From the IMG/VR virus record IMGVR_UViG_3300036546_000131, positions 1 through 35,374 of that record: a stretch of 35,374 bases of DNA; one strand, 5' to 3'. Below, piece after piece: positions 1 to 8,998 of the stretch (its first letter is position 1; the number at the start of each line of letters is the position of its first letter). The position numbers were made by a program, and so were the translations under genes. The stretch comes from a virus. Its lineage: Duplodnaviria > Caudoviricetes. A model generated the notes under the pieces. The model saw nothing but the letters and a program-made list of their open reading frames with translations, did no database searches and was not told the DNA's origin.

Positions 1-127
1 CACGGTAACCGCCCAATATCACCGCAACAGGTGCATTTGATGTTGCATAAATTTTCCCTCTACTCTCTGCAACATTTTGCCAAGAAAACGATGTTGTACC
101 ATATCCATTTGCCAAATCATTACCCCA
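1..127. repeat. Terminal direct repeat (identical to 35248-35374); circular assembly overlap
   Basis: The first 127 nt (cacggtaaccgccc...aatcattacccca) are identical to the last 127 nt, and the reading frame of the adhesin gene continues across the junction. Confidence 0.95.
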
Positions 128-1378
128 AATCCATTGCGTACCTGATGCCTGTTCAATACCCCATTTTGATGTTAGATAATCATAATGCTCAACTGTTGCA
201 CCACCGCCATCAACTGCACTTGCATCAACACCCTCTTGCACACCATATGCAATTGTTTGAAATTCTGCATAATCAATAAGTTGTTTTGCGTTTGCTTTTG
301 CAATCTCACAAGCGTGAAACCATTTAAAACTTCCATAAGTAAGTGTATTATCTCCACCAAATTCAAGTGGTATTTTTGGATATGCCCTACCATTTGTTAA
401 TGCACCACCTGCAATTGTTGCACCTGCTTTTGATGTTCCATTTGTGATATGCTCATTACTACACAAATAAATATCATACCATCTACCTTTTACAAAAACC
501 ATTCCTTTTGGTGATGCAACAGGTCTAAATTTTAAATCCCAAAATGAATAAGAGTTAATTCCTCTAATTTGTGCCATATCGCTTTCTGTTTTGTTTCCTG
601 TTGCACTTTCTGCTTCACCTACTAAACCATAATGGAAACCGCCAATAAGTCTATCTGCTATTATTGCATCATTTGCACTTAAATAAAATGTTCCATCACT
701 TTTTGCATATACATAGTAATCTGTACCACCTGTTTTAATTCCTGTGTCTAAATCATCATTTAATGATAATGTATAATCACTTGCAAGTGTTGTTGTGTTA
801 CTTCCAACAACAATGCTTGTTCCTGTTGGAATTTTTATTGATGATGGATTTACCTTAACAAATAATGGAATGCTATTATTTGGCTTAACAAATCCTTGAC
901 TTAATACACCACTTGTTCCTGTACCTGCACTAAATGTTTTTAAAATATCAAATCTATTATTAGATGATGAATATTTAACCGTGTATGCTGTATCTGTTTT
1001 AAGTGTTCCTGCTGTTAATACCGCACCATTATAATAAAGTGGTTTTGCTGTTAAGCTTTTAAGTTGCAATGTTGTTGCACCTGTGTTTTGTACCGCAGGA
1101 ATGAATGTAAACATTATGCCATCAACAAGTGTTTCAAGCTGTTGTGTTGTTGCACTTCTTGTTAGTTGTATTGTGTTTACTGTTCCCGTGTCGTAATAAA
1201 AATTTGCTTTTGTTGCAATATCAATTGCTTTTGCCATTTGTTGATTATCTGCTTCATTTAAACCAATAAATGGTGCTACAACATTTTTATTTTCTCTAAA
1301 AATTGAGTTGTACTCATCTGCTACAACCACCCCTGCACTTGTATTGTCATTGTCAATTTTTGTATTAAAATCTCTCAT
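1..1378 (-). CDS. Mtd-like tail fibre/receptor-binding adhesin, DGR target 1 (5' part; continues at 35247..35138, ~495 aa total)
   Basis: Not in the ORF track because it crosses the contig end. Manual translation from ATG 1378: MRDFNTKIDND...NTGATTLQLKSLTAKPL...GTDYYVY...IGGFHYGL...GINSYSFWDLKFRP...PKGMV...WYDIYL...LTSKWGIEQASGTQWIWG...AVILGGYR. These motifs resemble the Bordetella BPP-1 Mtd family, and the gene follows the baseplate genes. Confidence 0.9.
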   Translation of the reverse strand, partial: MRDFNTKIDNDNTSAGVVVADEYNSIFRENKNVVAPFIGLNEADNQQMAKAIDIATKANFYYDTGTVNTIQLTRSATTQQLETLVDGIMFTFIPAVQNTGATTLQLKSLTAKPLYYNGAVLTAGTLKTDTAYTVKYSSSNNRFDILKTFSAGTGTSGVLSQGFVKPNNSIPLFVKVNPSSIKIPTGTSIVVGSNTTTLASDYTLSLNDDLDTGIKTGGTDYYVYAKSDGTFYLSANDAIIADRLIGGFHYGLVGEAESATGNKTESDMAQIRGINSYSFWDLKFRPVASPKGMVFVKGRWYDIYLCSNEHITNGTSKAGATIAGGALTNGRAYPKIPLEFGGDNTLTYGSFKWFHACEIAKANAKQLIDYAEFQTIAYGVQEGVDASAVDGGGATVEHYDYLTSKWGIEQASGTQWIWGNDLANGYGTTSFSWQNVAESRGKIYATSNAPVAVILGGYR

Positions 1379-1379
1379 T

Positions 1380-2123
1380 TTATAACCCCTTTACACATAT
1401 TTCTGTTTGTTCGCATTGTTCCTGCTCCTTGTATATTATTTTTGTTTCAATTATACTTCCAAGAGTGTGTGGCACACTATGTGGTAAAATATCTTTTATT
1501 GTTGTCACTTCAATTTCATAATCCCCCTGTAAGTATAATATTTTTGTATGTGCTGGCTTTATTTTATCGAAAATACTTTTTATTTTCTCTAATTTCAAGC
1601 CTGCACCAAGCTTGTGTGGTATTGAGTGTGGCAAAATATCTGCATCTTGTTGATATAGTGTCACAACCATAATATTGTTTGTGTTTCCAAAATCACTATA
1701 TAATTTATGTGGTATTTGATTTGGTATTCTTGATTTTCTAAAATAATCAACACCATTTTGTACACCAATACATAACCCATACATTTGTGCTATTGTTTTA
1801 AAATGCCAAGTTGTATTGCCCCGCATCAAATATCTTAATACTTTTACATCAACTTGATGTTCCTCATCTGTTGTTTGATAAAAAACTTTATTTGGAATAC
1901 TGTAATCTTTTTTAAATTTGTCAATCAAAAATATACTTTCGCATATAAATAAACCTCTAAAATAAAGATTATATCTATCAACTAGCCATTCAAAACCTTT
2001 TGCAATCCACTTTATGAATTTATTAAAATTCGTACCTTGCAATCTTGCCTGTTTAAAAACTTTACCTTTTGGTAAATAGTTTAAAAACTTTTGTTCTTGA
2101 TTTTCTCTATTGAAAAATAACAT
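1380..2123 (-). CDS. Baseplate wedge subunit (Mu gp48/YmfQ-like)
   Basis: Lies between baseplate J and the tail fibre, has the N-terminal LPxG motif (YLPKGKVF) and a fitting size. Confidence 0.6.
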   Translation of the reverse strand: MLFFNRENQEQKFLNYLPKGKVFKQARLQGTNFNKFIKWIAKGFEWLVDRYNLYFRGLFICESIFLIDKFKKDYSIPNKVFYQTTDEEHQVDVKVLRYLMRGNTTWHFKTIAQMYGLCIGVQNGVDYFRKSRIPNQIPHKLYSDFGNTNNIMVVTLYQQDADILPHSIPHKLGAGLKLEKIKSIFDKIKPAHTKILYLQGDYEIEVTTIKDILPHSVPHTLGSIIETKIIYKEQEQCEQTEICVKGL

Positions 2124-3318
2124 CGTTTAACTTCCAAAATTTATAATTTTCTGCTGTTTTCCATCCACTAACTAAAGTAAAACTCTCAACTGTTTCTGCA
2201 CCGTTTGTTGTTTTATAAATTATTGCTTCAAGATTTGCTTGTGTTATTGTTTTTTCAAACATATCTGCATCATAAAAGTATTGCAAGTTCTTTTTAACTT
2301 CATTTCTTAATCCATCACTTGCAGGTGATAAATCTTGAATAACAATATCTACATTTTCAACAGTTGCATTTGTTACACTTATTGCTGTACTTGTAAAATT
2401 TGCAGGTGATATTGATAATGTGTTTTTTGTTATCTGCTCAATTTCATATGCCGTTAAACCATAATCATTGTTTAATGCTACAACTTTTATTTCACCATCT
2501 TTAATTGCATTATCATCATCATTATTTTTAACCCACACATATTTTAATGTGCTTAATTTTTTTTTGTTTACATATCTAATATTTGGCTTGCTAAATGGTG
2601 CTTGTGGATTTGCCATAAATTCCATCACTCTTTTTCTGTAATCCTCAACACTCTCATCATCTTTACCACCACTTATTTGCAATACACCAAGTTCTGTGTT
2701 TACTCCTGCAATAGTAACTTTTAATTTTAATACATCATTTAACGACCTGTTGAAATCTGCACCCGCATCACTTGCAATTACATTTGCAACTGCTCTTTGC
2801 ACAATCAATATTACTGCATCACCATTTTGCAATTCATCACTATCAAACTGTATTGTATTTTCATCAATTACTGTTATTTGCTTTGATATTCCATTTATAA
2901 GTGCTGTTGTATTTGTTAATTGATTTGCAACACTTAATGTTGCTGTGCCATTATCAACAACAACTGTTCCATTTAATGTGTACTCCGATATTGTTGCATC
3001 ACTTACTGTTTTAAATACACCATTATCATCTTTTATTTCTCTATTTGCAGGTATAACACTACCACTTACACCATAAAATATTACAACACCGTTTGCAACT
3101 TCCGCAGGGTCTGGCGGTAATATTTGGCTTGCATTTAGATATAAATAATCTTTATCTGCTGTTGCAATAAAAGCATTTTTTTCTATAAATTTTAATTTAT
3201 CATCAAACTCTTTTAGCCTGCTTGCATAACCCGCACCTAATGCTTTAACCAATCCTTTATATATAAAGCCTGTTATATATTCAAAATCTGTTTTTAACTT
3301 TTTAAAAATATCTTCCAC
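2107..3318 (-). CDS. Baseplate J / Mu gp47-like protein
   Basis: Motifs F.ATAD..YL, A.G.V.F.G..G..IP, A...G..FN and GG.D.ES.EDYR.R; 403 aa. Confidence 0.85.
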   Translation of the reverse strand: MEDIFKKLKTDFEYITGFIYKGLVKALGAGYASRLKEFDDKLKFIEKNAFIATADKDYLYLNASQILPPDPAEVANGVVIFYGVSGSVIPANREIKDDNGVFKTVSDATISEYTLNGTVVVDNGTATLSVANQLTNTTALINGISKQITVIDENTIQFDSDELQNGDAVILIVQRAVANVIASDAGADFNRSLNDVLKLKVTIAGVNTELGVLQISGGKDDESVEDYRKRVMEFMANPQAPFSKPNIRYVNKKKLSTLKYVWVKNNDDDNAIKDGEIKVVALNNDYGLTAYEIEQITKNTLSISPANFTSTAISVTNATVENVDIVIQDLSPASDGLRNEVKKNLQYFYDADMFEKTITQANLEAIIYKTTNGAETVESFTLVSGWKTAENYKFWKLNDVIFQ

Positions 3319-3328
3319 ACATTACCCC

Positions 3329-3691
3329 TTATATTGCAAATTTACGATTAACCACAAGATTTTTATTATCGTATGCTTTTATGTTTAGTGTTAAAACTCC
3401 ATCATTAATTGATGTGCTTGTTTCAATTCTTGTGTATAGCTTTTCCAACACAAGTGCATCTGCAATTTCTCTTGCTGTTTCGTTTAAATTATTTGCTGTT
3501 TCTTGTGTAAGTCTTTTTTGGTCATACTGCCAAACATCGCTCATTTGTATATCTAACCAATATCCTCTTTGTTCTTTTATCCTTGCATCTGTGAAAAATG
3601 CTTGAATAAGTGTTGTTTCACCATTAATCTGTGTTTTAATTTCATTATCTTCAATAAGTAAATCAAGATTATCTGTAAGTGCAAAATCCAT
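3329..3691 (-). CDS. Mu gp46-like baseplate protein
   Basis: FTDAR...RGYW.D motif; sits between the spike and baseplate J genes. Confidence 0.75.
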   Translation of the reverse strand: MDFALTDNLDLLIEDNEIKTQINGETTLIQAFFTDARIKEQRGYWLDIQMSDVWQYDQKRLTQETANNLNETAREIADALVLEKLYTRIETSTSINDGVLTLNIKAYDNKNLVVNRKFAI

Positions 3692-3706
3692 TTAAAAAAC
3701 CCCTTT

Positions 3707-4177
3707 TTAATTTGGTGGTGTTGTTATTCCACCTGCTCCAAAATCATCACCTGCTGTTTGTGTATGGTCGTGTGTATCATCAATTGTTGTTCCATTATGC
3801 GTAATACTTCCACCATTAAACTCTGTTTGTTGTGCATTTATTGAAAATTTTGTTGTGTTAATAATATGCTCATCTGTGTTTTGAATTAACTTTTTTGTTT
3901 TCATTTCAATTGCACCATCTTTAAAATGAAAATGTATATAACTTTTATCATCTGTTACATATACATCACCATCTTGCAATTCAACATCTTTTTGCAATGC
4001 AATAACAACATCTTGATTTGCACCATTTGCAAGATTTATAATAATTGCTTTTTCATTTTTTGGCTTTGAGTATAAACCTTTTGGTGAAATAAATCTGTTT
4101 TGTGTTGTTCCACCTATGCTTTTAATTTCTGTTAAAAAACTTTTTATCATTCTTGTTATAAATGCAAACCTAATCAT
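3707..4177 (-). CDS. Baseplate spike (Mu gp45-like)
   Basis: P.GL.S.P and L..GDV motifs plus a C-terminal H-x-H metal-binding tip (THDHT...TTPP). Confidence 0.8.
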   Translation of the reverse strand: MIRFAFITRMIKSFLTEIKSIGGTTQNRFISPKGLYSKPKNEKAIIINLANGANQDVVIALQKDVELQDGDVYVTDDKSYIHFHFKDGAIEMKTKKLIQNTDEHIINTTKFSINAQQTEFNGGSITHNGTTIDDTHDHTQTAGDDFGAGGITTPPN

Positions 4178-5107
4178 TTAAAGCACCTTTTCAAAAATTG
4201 CAATTATTTCTTTTGTATCTTCTTTTTTTATATGCTGTATTGTTTTACAATTCATTTGCTCATTAATGTTTAATTGTGTATCTTTTATAAAATATTGTGT
4301 ATTAGTTTCTAATTGAATATTGTTTATTGTTGCAATATATTTAAAAGTTTTTCTAACATCTTTTTTATAATCTATTTGTGATACATTTTCACACTCTTGT
4401 GTTGTTAAACAATTTTTTACAACTTTTACTTTTGTAAATTTTCCACTTCCATATTCACCCTTTACAAACACATCTTGTTGTTGTTTTACTAAATAATTGC
4501 TTTGTGATACTGTTGTGTATTTGTCATACAATTGTGTTGTGTCGTTTACAAATTTTCTTTTTACAATATTTGTTCCAAACTGCAATATTTTATCACTTTT
4601 GTTTTTTGCTTCAAATTCAATTTGTATGTTGCCCTGTGCATCACTTGTTAATATTTTTCCTGCACTTTCTGCAATTTCCAAAAAAGCATCAATTATTTTA
4701 TCACCAATTAAAATTGTTTTTATGTCTTGCTGTGGTAATTGTGCATCACCAATAACTTGTAATCCAAATGGTGTTGCAATTTCACTTAAAACTGTGTTTA
4801 TTTTTTGACCTTGTGAAAACTGTGTTGTTTTGTCTGCATAACAATCGACAATAAATTTTGCATCATTTCTGCCTGCATACACAAATTCACTTGTTTTATC
4901 ATCAAGATTTGCTTCAATGTATTCAATAGATGCTTTTATTATTAACTTTTCAAAATCATCATATATTTCAACAATATCATCAATATTAAAGTTTTGCTTT
5001 TCTGATTTTTCAACAATCGTAAATTGTCTTGCTACACTTCCAACATCTTCAAGTGTTTCAACTTCGTTAAATTTGTACTCTGTGCCATTAACTAATATTT
5101 TCATCAT
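4178..5107 (-). CDS. Baseplate hub protein (Mu gp44-like)
   Basis: GR....VDC, I..PFG..V and L.SD..G.I motifs; synteny. Confidence 0.75.
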   Translation of the reverse strand: MMKILVNGTEYKFNEVETLEDVGSVARQFTIVEKSEKQNFNIDDIVEIYDDFEKLIIKASIEYIEANLDDKTSEFVYAGRNDAKFIVDCYADKTTQFSQGQKINTVLSEIATPFGLQVIGDAQLPQQDIKTILIGDKIIDAFLEIAESAGKILTSDAQGNIQIEFEAKNKSDKILQFGTNIVKRKFVNDTTQLYDKYTTVSQSNYLVKQQQDVFVKGEYGSGKFTKVKVVKNCLTTQECENVSQIDYKKDVRKTFKYIATINNIQLETNTQYFIKDTQLNINEQMNCKTIQHIKKEDTKEIIAIFEKVL

Positions 5108-6311
5108 ACACCTTTATTATTCCAACAACTGCATCATTGTCTGCAAGGTTGTTTAAAAGTCTTAAATCATCATAATTATCTAAATTTCCATATAGATTAA
5201 AAACTATTTGTGTTAATGGTGTTTCTTGCTTTACTTCATAATCAATCAATCTTTGTATTTGTTTTTGATTTGAGTATGCTTTTAATATTTGCTGTGCATT
5301 TACTACCTTATCATAACTTAGTGTTGTATATTCCAATCTTTCAATACAAACTTCAACTTGCTCATCAAATTCTTGTTGGCTTTTATATTCTTTTGTCAAT
5401 GCCTGTTTCATTTCACCAATTGCTGTCATTAAGTTTAATAATTGATTTGCACTAAAATCTTTTTTTACTTTTTCAAGTTCTAATTGTGACAAATAATTTA
5501 AACTTTCATCTAAGCTTTTTACAACAACACCTTTTTTTGTTTTTGTTGTAAATATCTCAACAGGTTTTGATGTTTGTGTATCTGTCATATTTTTTAAAAG
5601 TTTTGCAAAATCATTTGGTAATTTTTGTATCAATTTTAAAGTTTCACCAATTCTTTTAATTCTGTTTACTCTTGCCATTACTCCATTGTACACATCAAAT
5701 GCCATAAATTGCAAATCCAATACCGCTTGCAATCCATCTTCTACAAGTTGAAGTGCATCATCAATAAATTTTACACCTGTTTCAACCGCATCAATTATTT
5801 CATCAATTATTGTTTCATCTACTGTTTTAATTGTTTCTGCAAATTCAAGTGCCTTTTGTTCAAGTTCAAGTTCAAAATCTGCTATTGTGTTTTTTAATTG
5901 TGCCTCTGCATTAACTGTTGGTAACTTTTCAATATCTTGTACTGTTGCATTTATACTAAATATTGTTTTTGTAATATGCTTATCGCTATTCGTTACATCC
6001 AAGCCATCAATATAAACTTTTATTTTTCCAAAAAACTTATCTGTTACCGTGCAATATCTTGTGTTATATAAAATATCAAATAATCTGTTTGTTTCGCTTT
6101 TATCAAATGTGTATAATTTTATTTTAAATTTTTTTGCACCTGCCCCAAGGTCAATTGATTTGTTTTCCCCACCCTCATTTTCTTCAAATGGATTTTTTCC
6201 TTTTTCCGCAGGCTTGTTGCTTTCACATTTTTTGTGCTTAATTGATATTTTACTTTCACCAACTTGCACAACTTGAATATCATCAATTTTTGATATTAAA
6301 AGATTTGTCAT
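5088..6311 (-). CDS. Mu gp43/N-like DNA circularisation / tail tube initiator protein
   Basis: N-terminal DLG..A.KF motif and C-terminal LysM-like TPL..I.F.LYG motif; follows the tape measure gene. Confidence 0.65.
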   Translation of the reverse strand: MTNLLISKIDDIQVVQVGESKISIKHKKCESNKPAEKGKNPFEENEGGENKSIDLGAGAKKFKIKLYTFDKSETNRLFDILYNTRYCTVTDKFFGKIKVYIDGLDVTNSDKHITKTIFSINATVQDIEKLPTVNAEAQLKNTIADFELELEQKALEFAETIKTVDETIIDEIIDAVETGVKFIDDALQLVEDGLQAVLDLQFMAFDVYNGVMARVNRIKRIGETLKLIQKLPNDFAKLLKNMTDTQTSKPVEIFTTKTKKGVVVKSLDESLNYLSQLELEKVKKDFSANQLLNLMTAIGEMKQALTKEYKSQQEFDEQVEVCIERLEYTTLSYDKVVNAQQILKAYSNQKQIQRLIDYEVKQETPLTQIVFNLYGNLDNYDDLRLLNNLADNDAVVGIIKVYDENIS

Positions 6312-6313
6312 TT

Positions 6314-7960
6314 TTATACCCCATTACTTGCTGTGTTTAATTTTACCCTACCGCCATTTGATTGTGCATTTTGTTCTGTTACTGTGCCACCTGTTGCTTG
6401 AATATTTACATCAACAACTGTGTGATTTTTATTTGTGTTATCAATTTGTGTTCCATCTTGTGTTGGTGCTTCATTTCCAAATCCAAAAAAACTTTTTGTA
6501 TTTTCCCAAGCATTGCTTGCTTGATTTTCAATTGCACCTGCAACATCTTGAACTTTTGCTTTTGCTTTATTATATATTTCAAATTTACTTAAAAAACTAT
6601 CAATTAACTCATTTACATATCTTATTGGTGCTGTTAATGTTTCAAATACTGCTCTAACTCCACCAATTGCATTTTCAACAATATTAAGTGATGCAACAAA
6701 TCCTGTGAATTTATCCCATAGTGTGCCAACCCATTTTGTTATGTCTTCCCAATAATATATTAATGCAACAATTGCACCAATCAATGCAATTACACCTGCA
6801 ATAATCCAAGTAATAGGATTTGCCCATAGCGTAGCATTAAACAACACAGTTGCAAGCTGTACTGCTTTAATTACAAAACTTAATCCTGTAAATATAAAAG
6901 TTAAGCCACCTATTGCCATGCTAACAATACCTACTATTGCGTATAATGCACCAAGTGTAAGCAATGCACCTCCTATTATTAAAGTCCATTTTGTTATTGT
7001 TTTTACTAGCTCTTTGTTTTGCTCAACCCAACTTTTTACCTTTTGTGCAATTTCAGTAAATTTATCAATTGTTTCTTTTACCGTTGGTGCCAAAACTTCA
7101 CCAATCTTTGCTGATGTCAAAGCAACATTATCTTTTAATGTACTCCATTTACCTGATGTTGTTTCACTTGCTATTTCCATACCTTTGTAAAACAATCCAC
7201 CCTCTGATGTCATTTTTTTAAATGCTTTTGTTAAATCGTTAGTTGTTATTTCTCCTGCACTAATCATTTTAAAAAAAGCATCGTTTACCTTTAACCCCAT
7301 TGTTTTTGCTAATTGGTCAAATATTGGCACTCCTGCCTCGCCAATCATATTTAAACTTTCCATATCAACTTTACCTTTAAGCATTGCTTTCGTAAAGCCT
7401 CTTGTTATGCTGTCTAATTTTTGTGCGTTTCCACCTGCTGTATCTCCCAACATTCTTGTTGTTTCAATAACTTTTTGTATATCCCCATTCATTATTGGCA
7501 ATAATTGCTGTGCTTGACTTGCTAGTGTTTCAAACTGAAATGGTGTTGTTGATGCTGTTTCATTTAATTTTTGCACCAATTCATTTGCTTTTTCTACACC
7601 ACCAAGCAATGGTGTAAATGATGCTGTTGCATCTTCTATTTTTGAGAACTGATTTACAAAATAAAGCAGTGGTGTAGTTAATGCACCACTTGTTAAGAAT
7701 GATACTCCTTTTTGAAATATCTCTTTACCAGTGTTTCTAAAACCATCCATTTTATTTTTTATCTTATCAATACCATCAAGTGCATTTTGTATTTTTAATT
7801 TAAATTCGCTTGTTAATTTTATATTTCCCAATTCATTTTTTATTTTAGATGATGCCTGTTTTGCCCTATTACTCATACTTTCCATTTTTTCATTTATTGC
7901 ATTTATCTTTTCACTTATTTTATCAACTGCTGAAAACTTAACCGAATAATCAAACATCAT
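6314..7960 (-). CDS. Tail tape measure protein
   Basis: A.TTPF, LGD.A.G, KGKV.MESLN.I.E.G.PI, G..STLKDN and the hydrophobic ANPI.WII repeat region. Confidence 0.92.
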   Translation of the reverse strand: MMFDYSVKFSAVDKISEKINAINEKMESMSNRAKQASSKIKNELGNIKLTSEFKLKIQNALDGIDKIKNKMDGFRNTGKEIFQKGVSFLTSGALTTPLLYFVNQFSKIEDATASFTPLLGGVEKANELVQKLNETASTTPFQFETLASQAQQLLPIMNGDIQKVIETTRMLGDTAGGNAQKLDSITRGFTKAMLKGKVDMESLNMIGEAGVPIFDQLAKTMGLKVNDAFFKMISAGEITTNDLTKAFKKMTSEGGLFYKGMEIASETTSGKWSTLKDNVALTSAKIGEVLAPTVKETIDKFTEIAQKVKSWVEQNKELVKTITKWTLIIGGALLTLGALYAIVGIVSMAIGGLTFIFTGLSFVIKAVQLATVLFNATLWANPITWIIAGVIALIGAIVALIYYWEDITKWVGTLWDKFTGFVASLNIVENAIGGVRAVFETLTAPIRYVNELIDSFLSKFEIYNKAKAKVQDVAGAIENQASNAWENTKSFFGFGNEAPTQDGTQIDNTNKNHTVVDVNIQATGGTVTEQNAQSNGGRVKLNTASNGV

Positions 7961-7967
7961 CTTAACC

Positions 7968-8153
7968 TTATTTTGTTTTTAAATCTTGTTGTTGTCTTTT
8001 ACTTAACTTAACAACTTTTTTGTGTAAATTCATAAATTCAATTACATCTGCTTTGTGTAACAAATAGAAATAATCAACTGCACCATTCATAAAATATGCA
8101 ATATCAAATGCTATTTGCTCAAACTGTTCATCTTTGATGTAATTTTTGGCAAT
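7968..8153 (-). CDS. -1 frameshift extension of the tail assembly chaperone (gpGT-like)
   Basis: Open -1 frame IAKNYIKDEQFEQIAFDIAYFMNG...QQQDLKTK* starts right after the slippery heptamer T TTT TTA (8153-8159) and stops 7 nt before the tape measure ATG. Confidence 0.75.
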   Translation of the reverse strand: MAKNYIKDEQFEQIAFDIAYFMNGAVDYFYLLHKADVIEFMNLHKKVVKLSKRQQQDLKTK

Positions 8154-8545
8154 AAAAAATGCTTTAGCACCTCTTGATACAATCCATCTAAATCATCAAT
8201 ATCAATTTCATCAATCAAATCATCTTTTAACTTGATGTTTCCTACTTCACCAAACACTTTAAGTGAGTTTACAACCTCATCAAACAATTTTTCACTTTGT
8301 CCTGTCATTTCCAAAATATCAAAAACTTCATCAACCTTTATTGGCTCACCACTTTCTTTTTTGTTTTCTTTTGGTGTTTCTTTTTTTGCTTGCTCTGCAA
8401 ATGTTTTAAAAATAACATCTTGCAATCTTTTTATTGTTTGAAGTCCTTTTTTGCCTTTAAAGCTTACAACAATTGTGTTTTCTGCTTCGTACTCACCTTT
8501 TTCTTTGTTATACACTTGTAGTGGTTTTTTTAGTTCGTATTCCAT
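8111..8545 (-). CDS. Tail assembly chaperone (gpG-like)
   Basis: Lies between the tube and tape measure genes, starts YELKKPL, and has a slippery site near its 3' end. Confidence 0.75.
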   Translation of the reverse strand: MEYELKKPLQVYNKEKGEYEAENTIVVSFKGKKGLQTIKRLQDVIFKTFAEQAKKETPKENKKESGEPIKVDEVFDILEMTGQSEKLFDEVVNSLKVFGEVGNIKLKDDLIDEIDIDDLDGLYQEVLKHFLLPKITSKMNSLSK

Positions 8546-8569
8546 AAATTTGCCCTTTTAGTTTTATTT

Positions 8570-8591
8570 GTGCAAGGCTTTAACCTTGCAC
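8570..8591. other. Intergenic stem-loop GTGCAAGG-N6-CCTTGCAC
   Basis: Perfect 8-bp inverted repeat between the tube and chaperone genes. It has no clear U-tract, so it may be an attenuator, processing site or stability element. Confidence 0.45.
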
Positions 8592-8593
8592 GG

Positions 8594-8602
8594 ATTATAT
8601 CA
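8594..8602 (-). promoter_or_regulatory. Extended -10 promoter (TG-A-TATAAT)
   Basis: Minus strand TTTTTGATATAAT in the intergenic gap upstream of the chaperone gene. Confidence 0.45.
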
Positions 8603-8613
8603 AAAACAAGATA

Positions 8614-8985
8614 TTAAATACCTTGCCCCCCTGTAAATGTAACTTCAATTTCTGTTCCAAAATCAATTTCTACATCTTCCATAATGCTCATATTGTTAAA
8701 TGTTTTTGTAAAGCCTGTTCTACTATCAACCATTCTAATTGCATTTTTTCCGATATTGTCTTGCCAATTTTCAAGCAATTCAATATTTTCTGATGTTGGT
8801 TGAATTTTAATTACAACCTCACCTGTTGCCTCTGTATAATCAACATTTTCATAAACTTGTACTTTATCACCAATTGTTGCTGTTTTTACTTCAACTTTTG
8901 GCACACCTCTTTTGTATTTTGGCTTTTCTACAACTGCAACTGTTTGCCCATTAACAACAACCGTGTTTGCGTTTACTAATTCCAT
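8614..8985 (-). CDS. Tail tube protein
   Basis: 123 aa, beta-rich, directly after the sheath gene. Confidence 0.75.
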   Translation of the reverse strand: MELVNANTVVVNGQTVAVVEKPKYKRGVPKVEVKTATIGDKVQVYENVDYTEATGEVVIKIQPTSENIELLENWQDNIGKNAIRMVDSRTGFTKTFNNMSIMEDVEIDFGTEIEVTFTGGQGI

Positions 8986-8998
8986 ATATCACCCCTTA

